Shown piece after piece: positions 9,159 through 17,879 of a stretch of DNA of 64,000 nt. This DNA comes from Bacteroidales bacterium. GTDB taxonomy: Bacteria; Bacteroidota; Bacteroidia; Bacteroidales; NBLH01. The stretch spans positions 45,654 to 109,653 of the forward strand of contig JBNKRJ010000019.1 of the NCBI GenBank assembly GCA_050296515.1, written 5' to 3'. Every line of letters starts with the position of its first letter. Positions within the stretch are counted from its first letter, which is position 1. A model generated the notes under the pieces. It was not told where the DNA came from and did no database searches. It saw nothing but the letters and a program-made list of their open reading frames with translations. The translations under genes were made by a program, and so were the position numbers.

Positions 9159-11471
9159 TCAAAACCTGAAAGTATTTGGTTTTTCTTCTAAATTCTCTTT
9201 TACTTGCTCAACCTTTGATAATCCGTCCAATTGTAATGCTTTCTTTTTCTTTGACTTATTAACCAGCAGAGGAACCATTAACAAAGCAGTAATAATCATT
9301 ATTTTCATTAAAACAGTCATAGCTACAGCAGAAGTATCCTTAACAGGTTTTCCTACTTTATCACCAACCTCCGAGGCCTGATAAGCATCTGATTCTTTTC
9401 CTATTAACTCGCCATTATAAACAGTACCTTCTTCTAAAGCATACTTTGTATTTTCAAGAACACTACCCTTATCAGACTGGTAAAGAGCCATAATGGTACT
9501 TGTTGAAATTACACCTAGCAACATAGCTGCAAGCATCTCTGCGCCACCTAAATAAGCTGTTAAAACAGGAACTGTAATTGCAATAACACCTGGGATCAAT
9601 GTTTCCCAAATTGTAGCATAGGCAGCAACTTCGATGCACTGGTCATTATCAGCACTATCTCTTGCAGAATAAACAACTTCCTTTTCTCCCTCGGTAGCAT
9701 AGGTCAAATCACCATTGTATTTATCCAAAATTTCATTGGCATCCTTTAACGCAGGTATATCATTAAACTGTCGATTAACTTCGTTTACTATTTTCTTACT
9801 AACTCTTCTTACAGCAGCTAAAGCATTTGATGACAGTAAAAATGGAAGTAGTGTACCCACAATTAGAGAGCTTATAATCAATGGCTTGACTAAATTCACT
9901 TCATAAATTCCGGTTAACTGAACAAAAGCACTAAAAATAGCCAAAGAAGCCAACGATGAAGCAATCGTAAGAAATACTTTCCCCTGAGCAATTGATTGTG
10001 TTCCAATCAATTTTAAGTCATACGTTTGTTTCAAGGTAACCTCATCCAGCCTGGCCTTGTTGGCAACACTATCAGTATTATCTGCAACAGGTGCAAAAGC
10101 ATTAAATGCCACCTGGAGGCCCATATTTCCTAAAAATCCAACAGCCGCTAAGCCAACTCCATAAAAACCTGCAAAATAATAAGAAGCCAATACCACAGCA
10201 AGAATTACTGCAACAGGAATTCCTGTAGAAATTAAACCTGATTCTGTACTGCCCAAAATAGTACTTGCAATTCCCTTCCTTGACTCTCCAGCCAGGTTCT
10301 TAACAGTTTTGCTTTCTTTACTTGTAAAGTAATTTGAGATATAACTGATACTAACAGAAGCAACTATTCCGAAGAATGCTGACCAGAAAATACCCAGGCT
10401 TTTGTATGTTGTTGTAATAACCTCTGCATCAGTTGTTCGGGTTACTTCCCATTCTGCTGGAATTGTATATTTAATTGCAAAAAAAGTTGCGATAGATAAA
10501 ACAATTGCAGCAAGCCATTCGGCAATATTGATTGCCTGACGCGATGTAGAAACCTCACTTGAACGCAACAAATAGCTTCCGGCAATGCTTGCAAAGATTC
10601 CTATACTTGCAATTATCAAAGGCAATGACAATATACCTAATGTTTCTCCGTCACCTTGAGTTAAAAGTGATGTTCCAAGGAATACACTTGCAATAATTGC
10701 AGCTGTGAATGATTCAAACACATCAGTTCCAATACCTCCAACATTAGCAGTAATCTGTCCAGTTTCATTCACAACAGAAGCTGGATTGTATGGTGATTTG
10801 TCTGTTATTCCTGCTTCTTTCTCCACAATTTCTACTTCAGCTTTTTCAGCACTTTTAGCAAAGATGCCACCACCTAAACGCGAGAAAACAGCAACTGCAC
10901 TTGCACCAAAAGCAAACCCTGCCATCATGTTCAAATTGAAATTAAACATTGATGTTCCAAATTCACTTTCTTCAGGAACTAAAAACCTTGAAGCAAAAAA
11001 TAAAATTAATAATCCAACTATAACAGACGAGGCATTGATCAAACCTGCGGAAATACTTGCTGAAAATGTGGTTCTAAAACCATCGCTATAGTTTTTTTGA
11101 CTTTCAGCAATAATTTTATCATTTGAACTTCCTGCAACTTGCTTAGAAAAATAATTGGCAGCAGCCGAAGATGCTGCTCCAATTATAACAGCAACTGCAA
11201 GCATTCCGTTTAACCCTTCTTGTGATTTTCCATAGAAAAAAGCAAGAATTGCTAAAGAAATAACAAATAATGCCAAAAACTTATATTCAGCAACTATAAA
11301 AATAGAAATTCCTTTTTTAATTCTATTTGCTATCTCCTTTACTGTTGAGTTTTCGGATGAAAGTTTCTCAATTTTATAAGAATTCCAAAAACTAAACCCA
11401 AGGCCGATTATTCCGGCAGCAATTATTAAGTAACCTATTGGATCTATTACCAGTGATGCAAGTGTTATCAT
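9159..11471 (-). CDS. Membrane-integral pyrophosphatase (M-PPase/HppA) family protein, highly divergent, with substituted catalytic motifs
   Basis: 770 aa, polytopic. Family blocks present: KGISIFIVAEYK, GFAFGASAVAVFSRLGGGIF, NPASV, DVFESF, YISNYFTS, FAPVADN, GDKVGKPVKDTS. The acidic catalytic positions are largely replaced (see findings). Confidence 0.85.
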   Translation of the reverse strand: MITLASLVIDPIGYLIIAAGIIGLGFSFWNSYKIEKLSSENSTVKEIANRIKKGISIFIVAEYKFLALFVISLAILAFFYGKSQEGLNGMLAVAVIIGAASSAAANYFSKQVAGSSNDKIIAESQKNYSDGFRTTFSASISAGLINASSVIVGLLILFFASRFLVPEESEFGTSMFNFNLNMMAGFAFGASAVAVFSRLGGGIFAKSAEKAEVEIVEKEAGITDKSPYNPASVVNETGQITANVGGIGTDVFESFTAAIIASVFLGTSLLTQGDGETLGILSLPLIIASIGIFASIAGSYLLRSSEVSTSRQAINIAEWLAAIVLSIATFFAIKYTIPAEWEVTRTTDAEVITTTYKSLGIFWSAFFGIVASVSISYISNYFTSKESKTVKNLAGESRKGIASTILGSTESGLISTGIPVAVILAVVLASYYFAGFYGVGLAAVGFLGNMGLQVAFNAFAPVADNTDSVANKARLDEVTLKQTYDLKLIGTQSIAQGKVFLTIASSLASLAIFSAFVQLTGIYEVNLVKPLIISSLIVGTLLPFLLSSNALAAVRRVSKKIVNEVNRQFNDIPALKDANEILDKYNGDLTYATEGEKEVVYSARDSADNDQCIEVAAYATIWETLIPGVIAITVPVLTAYLGGAEMLAAMLLGVISTSTIMALYQSDKGSVLENTKYALEEGTVYNGELIGKESDAYQASEVGDKVGKPVKDTSAVAMTVLMKIMIITALLMVPLLVNKSKKKKALQLDGLSKVEQVKENLEEKPNTFRF

Positions 11472-11800
11472 TTGGTTTAAATTAAGTGTGACAATCTTAT
11501 TATTTTACAAGCATAAAAGTAAATATATTGCAACATATAAACAACTACACTTAAACATTTTCGTTAAAATCTTTAAAGTTTTACATAAATTCAAGCTCGT
11601 ATCTTATTTTAAATATGATATTTGTCGTTTTGTAATTTCATGGTAATCTGTATTTTTAGGCAATATTTGTTGACCAGGGTCTAGTTTTTTATAAATTTGT
11701 GATACTCTCATAAATTATAGAATATAACTACTTCAAATAATGAAAGTAGTTGCGTAGTTTTAAAAAATATTATTGTAAATACCTATAAAACTATATTTAA

Positions 11801-13174
11801 ATGAATGAAGTAAAGAAATACATTGACGAAAACCTTGACAGGTTTCTAGAAGAGCTTTTTGGTTTGATTAGAATTCCTTCAGTTAGCTCAAAATCAGAGC
11901 ATAAGGAAGATATGTATAAGGCCGCAGAATACATTAAAGAAGCATTGCTAAAAGTGGGTATGAATAAAGCACAAGTAATGGAAACAGAAGGAAACCCAGT
12001 TACATATGCGGAAAAAATAATTGACCCATCTTTTCCTACTGTAATGGTTTATGGACACATGGATGTAATGCCCGCCGAGCCATTTGATTTATGGGAAAGC
12101 CCACCCTTTGAACCCGAGGTAAGAGACGGCAAAATATATGCTCGTGGTGCAAATGATGACAAAGGACAGGGATTTATGCACGTGAAAGCAGTTGAGATTA
12201 TGAACAAACTTGGCCTTTTAACCTGCAATGTGAAATTCATGATTGAAGGTGAAGAGGAAGTAGGCTCGCCCAATCTTAAAAAGTTCTGCGAAGACAACAA
12301 GGAATTATTAAAAGCCGATATTATCCTGGTTTCAGATACTGGTCTGATAGCAAAAGACATACCTTCAATTACAACTGGTTTAAGAGGTTTAAGCTTTATG
12401 GAGGTTGAAGTTACAGGACCTAATAAAGATCTTCATTCTGGACTTTTTGGTGGAGCTGTAGCAAATCCAGCTAATATTTTATGTAACATGCTTTCTTCAT
12501 TAATTGATGAAAAAGGACATATTAACATTCCGGGATTTTATGATGATGTAATTGAAGTTACTAAAGAAGAAAGAATTAAAATGGCAGAAGCTCCATTCGA
12601 TTTGGAAGCTTACAAAAAAGCTCTTGATATCGATGTAGTTGCAGGTGAAGAAGGGTATTCAACAAACGAACGTACAGGTATCCGTCCATCACTAGATATT
12701 AATGGAATCTGGAGTGGTTATACAGGAGAAGGAGCTAAAACAGTACTTCCTTCAAAAGCGTATGCGAAAGTTTCTATGCGATTAGTTCCTAACCAGGATA
12801 ATGTGAAAATCAGTAAGTTATTTGAAAAACATTTCAATGCAATTGCTCCACCAAGTGTAAAAGTGAAGGTTAAAGCATTGCATGGCGGACAAGGATATGT
12901 TTCTCCGATTGATATGCCAGCTTATAAAGCAGCTGAAAAAGCCTATACTGAAGTTTATGATCGAGCACCAGTGCCTGTTCGAAGTGGTGGTAGTATTCCA
13001 ATTATTTCAACTTTTGAAGAAGTATTAGGAATCAAATCAATCCTTATGGGATTTGGCCTTGAAGAAGATGCTATTCACAGTCCTAATGAAAGCTACAGAG
13101 TGGAGAACTTTACAAGAGGAATCGAAACAATTGTTTCTTTTTATCAACATTTCCCAAAAGAACTTAACGCATAG
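11801..13174 (+). CDS. M20 family metallo-dipeptidase (DUG1/carnosinase-like)
   Basis: 457 aa. Contains VYGHMDVMPAEP..W..PPFEP, ARGANDDKGQ, EGEEEVGS and HSPNE blocks. Confidence 0.9.
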   Translation: MNEVKKYIDENLDRFLEELFGLIRIPSVSSKSEHKEDMYKAAEYIKEALLKVGMNKAQVMETEGNPVTYAEKIIDPSFPTVMVYGHMDVMPAEPFDLWESPPFEPEVRDGKIYARGANDDKGQGFMHVKAVEIMNKLGLLTCNVKFMIEGEEEVGSPNLKKFCEDNKELLKADIILVSDTGLIAKDIPSITTGLRGLSFMEVEVTGPNKDLHSGLFGGAVANPANILCNMLSSLIDEKGHINIPGFYDDVIEVTKEERIKMAEAPFDLEAYKKALDIDVVAGEEGYSTNERTGIRPSLDINGIWSGYTGEGAKTVLPSKAYAKVSMRLVPNQDNVKISKLFEKHFNAIAPPSVKVKVKALHGGQGYVSPIDMPAYKAAEKAYTEVYDRAPVPVRSGGSIPIISTFEEVLGIKSILMGFGLEEDAIHSPNESYRVENFTRGIETIVSFYQHFPKELNA

Positions 13175-13211
13175 TATGTTGTAAATAAGAATTTTACACA
13201 AAACTATACAG

Positions 13212-13271
13212 CGGCAATTATCCATTAATCAAGTTAAAATAGCTTAGATAATATTTAATGGATAATTGCCG
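13212..13271 (+). terminator. Long stem-loop downstream of the M20 gene
   Basis: cggcaattatccatta (13212-13227) pairs perfectly with taatggataattgccg (13256-13271). 16-bp stem, 28-nt loop, followed by tatctttgtt. Confidence 0.5.
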
Positions 13272-13360
13272 TATCTTTGTTATTGAAGTTTATAATTAAC
13301 CCTGGCTCTGGTTTAATTTTGTAATGATTTATTAGGATAAAATCCTTGAAATGAGATATA

Positions 13361-13416
13361 AGTCATTAGTCAATAGTCATTTGTTTTCGACAATTAATGA
13401 CTAATGTCTAATGACC
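13361..13416. repeat. Inverted pair of heptad triplets forming an imperfect 21-bp hairpin
   Basis: Left arm agtcatt agtcaat agtcatt (13361-13381), 14-nt spacer, right arm aatgact aatgtct aatgacc (13396-13416). 18/21 positions are complementary. The 16-mer atgactaatgtctaat (13397-13412) recurs at 43177-43192. Confidence 0.85.
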
Positions 13417-13489
13417 TTAGTATTAAGCTGATATAATCTATATAAATAAATCATTACTATTTTGAACTATAGCTTTAACCTTTAACAAA

Positions 13490-14179
13490 ATGACTAAGAT
13501 TATTACGTTTTTGTTCTCAATTCTCATATCCTATACTTCTTTTGCACAACAAACATTCCTGGGAAAACCAGAATATGGCATCATTAAATCAAGTATTTTT
13601 GATAATAGCTCGCCCTATTTTTATCCTGATCTATACAAGCGATATATTGAAGCAGATACGAGCTTAACTATCAAAGACTTTCGATATTTGTATTACGGAT
13701 ATACCTTCCAATCTAAATACATTCCTAACCAGGAATCGAAATATGAATCACAAATGATGGTGTACCTTAGAAAAGGACGATTAAGTTCTGCTGAGCTGGA
13801 TGAATTTATCAAAATAGCAGAACTAAAACTTAGAGACCTTCCTTTTGATATAAGAACGCTAAACATACTGGCATTTAGCTATTTACAAAAAGACGACAGT
13901 ATTACAAGTGCACGGTATAAATTCAAAAAAGAAATGCTTGTAAAAACTATCCTTTCAACGGGTGATGGTAAATCTGAACAAACAGCTTTTCACATAATTG
14001 ACCCAGTTCATGAAATGGATCTTTTGAATGAATTGGGTTTAAAATTTGCTGCATCCACAAATCAGGCGAATGCTTTTTGCGATTACCTGGTTGTTCATCC
14101 TAATGAAAAAAATATCAGAGGTGTATATTTTGATGTGAGTAGGCTAATACGTGTCCGCATCGAACGCCAGCAAAATTAG
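13490..14179 (+). CDS. Secreted hypothetical protein (DUF4919-like)
   Basis: 229 aa. Signal peptide ending SFAQQ. The family assignment is from memory of N-terminal similarity only. Confidence 0.5.
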   Translation: MTKIITFLFSILISYTSFAQQTFLGKPEYGIIKSSIFDNSSPYFYPDLYKRYIEADTSLTIKDFRYLYYGYTFQSKYIPNQESKYESQMMVYLRKGRLSSAELDEFIKIAELKLRDLPFDIRTLNILAFSYLQKDDSITSARYKFKKEMLVKTILSTGDGKSEQTAFHIIDPVHEMDLLNELGLKFAASTNQANAFCDYLVVHPNEKNIRGVYFDVSRLIRVRIERQQN

Positions 14180-14595
14180 ACGAAAATTTCCTTTTCTTTG
14201 GTCTTTAAATGTTCTAATTCAATTTCAAAAGCGGTAAGAATATTTTTCACTTTTTTTAATTTATCCAAGTATTGTTCGAATTCTTTACTGGAGCTAAACC
14301 CCTCACACTTAAGTACGTAGTCAATCTTTTTAATTGATTTTATAATACTTGAATGCTCCAATTTATTAGCATACAAAGTATATACTGTATCGCCTTCATC
14401 CTCAAATTTATAAACGGGGAATCGGTGTTCTTCTTTATTAATTTTTTCAATAATCACCAGGCTATCAGCTTGTTGAAACTTTGCACCCAGCTCCTGATTA
14501 AACATCCAACTAATTTTATGGGGACTCACGTGGGATGCTATTCCAATAAGCTTATACTCATTTTCAAGAGTAAGTGTATGAACTTTTGGTTTCAA
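14176..14595 (-). CDS. Small conserved hypothetical protein, resembling the Bacteroidota IPExxxVDY family
   Basis: 139 aa. Lies next to rnc-fabF-acpP as in other Bacteroidota. Has a C-terminal IKSIKKIDYVLK block. Its stop codon overlaps the stop of the convergent gene (TTAG at 14176-14179). Confidence 0.5.
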   Translation of the reverse strand: MKPKVHTLTLENEYKLIGIASHVSPHKISWMFNQELGAKFQQADSLVIIEKINKEEHRFPVYKFEDEGDTVYTLYANKLEHSSIIKSIKKIDYVLKCEGFSSSKEFEQYLDKLKKVKNILTAFEIELEHLKTKEKEIFV

Positions 14596-14723
14596 TCAGA
14601 GTATTTTTTGATGAAAGTCAAATGTACAAAGTTTAGTAATAAATTCCAACAATACGCTACAAGACTTAAACTTACTTTTAAAAGAAAAAAGCTTGGGGAA
14701 CTAATCAAAATTTAAGTTCTTAA

Positions 14724-15443
14724 TTAGTTTTCTAATTCACCAAGAGTTATAAGGGCCTCTCTTGCAGCATTTTGCTCAGCTTCCTTTTTGGAGTTACCAA
14801 GTCCTTTTCCAATTATTTTTTCTTCAAGCATAACCTCAGAAATGAAATTCGAATCCTCTTCAGAACTAAAAGAACTAAACTCTACAGGACTTTTCGTTTT
14901 TTGTGACCACTCTATTAACTGGCTTTTATAATTGTAGTTGGTCACCTCAAGTTCTTCTAAATCAATGTGTTCATCTATGATTTTTTGGCTTATAAACCTT
15001 GAGACTGCTCTATATCCTTTATCCAGATAAATGGCGCCAATTAATGCTTCAAATGCATCTTCATATATTCTACTACTTGCGAGTTGGATATTTGTACGCT
15101 GAATAATAAACTGATCAAGGTTAATATTAACGGCTAGTTCTTTTAGCTTTTCGCCATTTACAATTTTCGACCGCATTTCGGTTAAAAAGCCTTCACGCTC
15201 ACTGGGGTATTTTTTATAAAGGTAATCACTGATAACCGCATCAAGAATAGAATCACCCAAATATTCAAGTCTTTCATTATTAACACGTTCTCCATTCAAA
15301 GTATATGATGCGGATTTATGAGTAAGGGCAATTTGATACAAAGAAAGATCCGAGGGCCAAAACCCAAGGATCTTTCTTAGTTTTTTTAAGAAATCTTTAT
15401 TATTACTGGTTAATATCTTTAATGCCGCGATTCTACGAAGCAC
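14724..15443 (-). CDS. rnc: Ribonuclease III
   Basis: 239 aa. RNase III signature NERLEYLGDSILD, plus a C-terminal dsRBD (GKGLGNSKKEAEQNAAREAL). Confidence 0.95.
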   Translation of the reverse strand: MLRRIAALKILTSNNKDFLKKLRKILGFWPSDLSLYQIALTHKSASYTLNGERVNNERLEYLGDSILDAVISDYLYKKYPSEREGFLTEMRSKIVNGEKLKELAVNINLDQFIIQRTNIQLASSRIYEDAFEALIGAIYLDKGYRAVSRFISQKIIDEHIDLEELEVTNYNYKSQLIEWSQKTKSPVEFSSFSSEEDSNFISEVMLEEKIIGKGLGNSKKEAEQNAAREALITLGELEN

Positions 15444-15453
15444 AAGCTTATTC

Positions 15454-16701
15454 TTATAATTTCTTAAATATCACAGATGCATTATGTCCACCAAAACCAA
15501 ATGTATTGCTTAGTGCAACCTTTATTTCTCTTTCTTTAGCTTTATTAAAAGTAAAGTCAAGTTTTGGATCAATCTCCGGATCAAGATTAAAATGGTTGAT
15601 TGTTGGTGGAACGATACCATTTTTGATTGCTAATATACAAGCGGCAGCCTCTATAGCACCAGCTGCTCCAAGCAAATGCCCTGTCATTGATTTAGTAGCA
15701 CTAATGCTTAATTTATAAGCATGTTCGCCAAAAACCTTTTGAATAGCCATTGGTTCAGCAATATCACCCAATGGTGTAGATGTTCCATGAACATTGATAT
15801 AATCAACATCTTCAGGCTTTAAACCAGCATCTTCTAATGCATTATTCATAACCAAAGCGGCACCAGCACCTTCTGGATGAGGGGCCGTTAAGTGATGAGC
15901 ATCAGCAGATAAACCTCCACCTACAAGCTCTGCATAAATTGTAGCACCGCGTTTTACTGCATGTTCATATTCTTCTAGAATAATTGCAGCACCACCATCA
16001 GCCATTACAAAACCATCCCTGTCAACATCAAATGGTCTAGAAGCTGTTTCAGGATCATCATTTCTGTTTGAAAGTGCCTTCATTGCTGTAAAACCACCAA
16101 GACCAGCTTCATTCACAGATGCTTCAGAACCACCTGTAATGATAATTTCAGCTTTGTTTAAACGAATGTAATTAAATGCATCTATAATTGCATTAGTTGC
16201 AGATGCACAAGCTGAAACTGTGGTAAAATTAGGTCCCCTAAAATTATATTTCATAGATATATGCCCAGCAGCAATATCAGAAATCATTTTAGGTATAAAG
16301 AAAGGATTGAATTTAGGGATTTCACCACCTTTTACATATTCCTTAACTTCCTGTGTTAAAGTGTCAATACCTCCAATACCAGAGCCCCAAATCACGCCAG
16401 CTTTATCGTGGTTAATGCTTTCCAGGTCCAATTTTGAATCCTTAATAGCTTCTTCTGCTGCAATTAGAGCAAACTGAGCATAAAGATCCAACTTTCTAGC
16501 CTCTTTACGATCAAAATAGTTATTAGGATCGTAATCTTTTATTTCGCATGCAAATTGGGTCTTAAATTTCGAAGCGTCAAATTTCTTAATTGGAGCCGCT
16601 CCGCTTGTCCCATTCTTTAAATTTTCCCAAAATGATGGAATATCATTACCAATTGGTGTAATTGCACCAAGTCCGGTAACCACTACCCTTTTCAACTCCA
16701 T
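15454..16701 (-). CDS. fabF: Beta-ketoacyl-ACP synthase II
   Basis: 415 aa. Active-site ACASA Cys, HGTSTPLGD and GHLLGAAG His blocks, and a C-terminal NTFGFGGHNASVIFKK. Confidence 0.95.
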   Translation of the reverse strand: MELKRVVVTGLGAITPIGNDIPSFWENLKNGTSGAAPIKKFDASKFKTQFACEIKDYDPNNYFDRKEARKLDLYAQFALIAAEEAIKDSKLDLESINHDKAGVIWGSGIGGIDTLTQEVKEYVKGGEIPKFNPFFIPKMISDIAAGHISMKYNFRGPNFTTVSACASATNAIIDAFNYIRLNKAEIIITGGSEASVNEAGLGGFTAMKALSNRNDDPETASRPFDVDRDGFVMADGGAAIILEEYEHAVKRGATIYAELVGGGLSADAHHLTAPHPEGAGAALVMNNALEDAGLKPEDVDYINVHGTSTPLGDIAEPMAIQKVFGEHAYKLSISATKSMTGHLLGAAGAIEAAACILAIKNGIVPPTINHFNLDPEIDPKLDFTFNKAKEREIKVALSNTFGFGGHNASVIFKKL

Positions 16702-16800
16702 AAAATAATAACTTTATTTTTGCTAAAAACAAAAATTTATAAAAAGAAAAGGAGCATGCATAGAATTTGCAGCTCCATGCCCTACAAAAAATAATTTGTA

Positions 16801-17037
16801 TTATTTTACGTTATCCCCGATATACTTAATAGCATCACCGACAGTAACAATAGTTTCCGCTTGATCGTCTGGAATAGCGATATTGAATTCTTTTTCAAAT
16901 TCCATGATCAATTCTACAGTGTCAAGAGAATCGGCACCCAAGTCGTTGGTGAAGCTTGCAGATTCACTAACTTCGTTTTCGTCAACTCCAAGTTTGTCTA
17001 CAATTATAGCTTTAACTCTTGATGCAATGTCTGACAT
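16801..17037 (-). CDS. acpP: Acyl carrier protein
   Basis: 78 aa. Phosphopantetheine attachment motif [16 protein letters not shown]. Confidence 0.95.
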   Translation of the reverse strand: MSDIASRVKAIIVDKLGVDENEVSESASFTNDLGADSLDTVELIMEFEKEFNIAIPDDQAETIVTVGDAIKYIGDNVK

Positions 17038-17267
17038 AGTTCTAAAATTTAGTTAATAATAAAAAATTTAATTTTGTTTTGAAAGTGCAAAGAAATAATA
17101 ATTTCAATGAAAAAAAAAATTAAAAATCGCAAAAACCGGTTTTTTAACAGTCTAATCCAGTGCTTATTATTAAATTACTATTCATGCATAACATTCAAGT
17201 AAACAACAAGATAGGTAGATATTGTGTTTCAGGCACTATTTTTATTTAGATTTTTAACAACTATAGT

Positions 17268-17275
17268 TACCTTTG
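17268..17275 (+). promoter_or_regulatory. Bacteroidota -7 box TAnnTTTG upstream of purN
   Basis: TACCTTTG, 32 nt before the ATG at 17307. Confidence 0.4.
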
Positions 17276-17306
17276 AAATATAAAATGATATTACAATATA
17301 CTAACA

Positions 17307-17879
17307 ATGAAGAATATAGCCATATTTGCATCAGGCAGTGGAACAAATGCTGAAAATATTATAAAACAATTTGCCAAAAGCGATCAAATTAATGTAAAGC
17401 TCATTTTAACTAATAAAAAAGATGCCTATGTTATACAAAGGGCTATAAATCATCAAATTGAATGGATGGTTTTTAACAGGCAACAATTCTACGAATCGGA
17501 CTTTGTTTTGCAAATACTTAAAGCAAAAGATATTAACGCAATTGTTCTGGCGGGTTTTCTATGGTTAATTCCTGACTCATTAATTAAGGCCTATCCTGAT
17601 AAAATTATAAATATCCATCCGGCCCTGCTCCCAAAATATGGAGGTAAAGGTATGTATGGAATGCATGTTCACAAAGCGGTCATTGAAAACAATGAAACTG
17701 AAAGCGGCATTACGATTCATTATGTGAATGAAAAATACGATGAAGGAAAAATACTTTTCAATGCAAAATGTAAGATTGAACCTGATGATACACCTGAATC
17801 ACTGGCCAATAAAATTCATGAGCTTGAATACAAGCATTTTCCTGAAATTATTGAAAGCTGGTTGAAAAGTACTAATTAA
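17307..17879 (+). CDS. purN: Phosphoribosylglycinamide formyltransferase
   Basis: 190 aa. Contains IAIFASGSGTNAE, LAGFLWLIP and NIHPALLPKYGGKGMYG blocks. Confidence 0.9.
   Translation: MKNIAIFASGSGTNAENIIKQFAKSDQINVKLILTNKKDAYVIQRAINHQIEWMVFNRQQFYESDFVLQILKAKDINAIVLAGFLWLIPDSLIKAYPDKIINIHPALLPKYGGKGMYGMHVHKAVIENNETESGITIHYVNEKYDEGKILFNAKCKIEPDDTPESLANKIHELEYKHFPEIIESWLKSTN

Noticed and set aside
10705-11091. 128-aa plus-strand ORF, with other 60-130 aa ORFs at 2095-2487, 15422-15718, 28442-28756, 28988-29317, 40915-41163, 57356-57694 and 63473-63823
   Set aside because: All are antisense shadows inside well-supported genes. They have low-complexity translations and no signal of their own.
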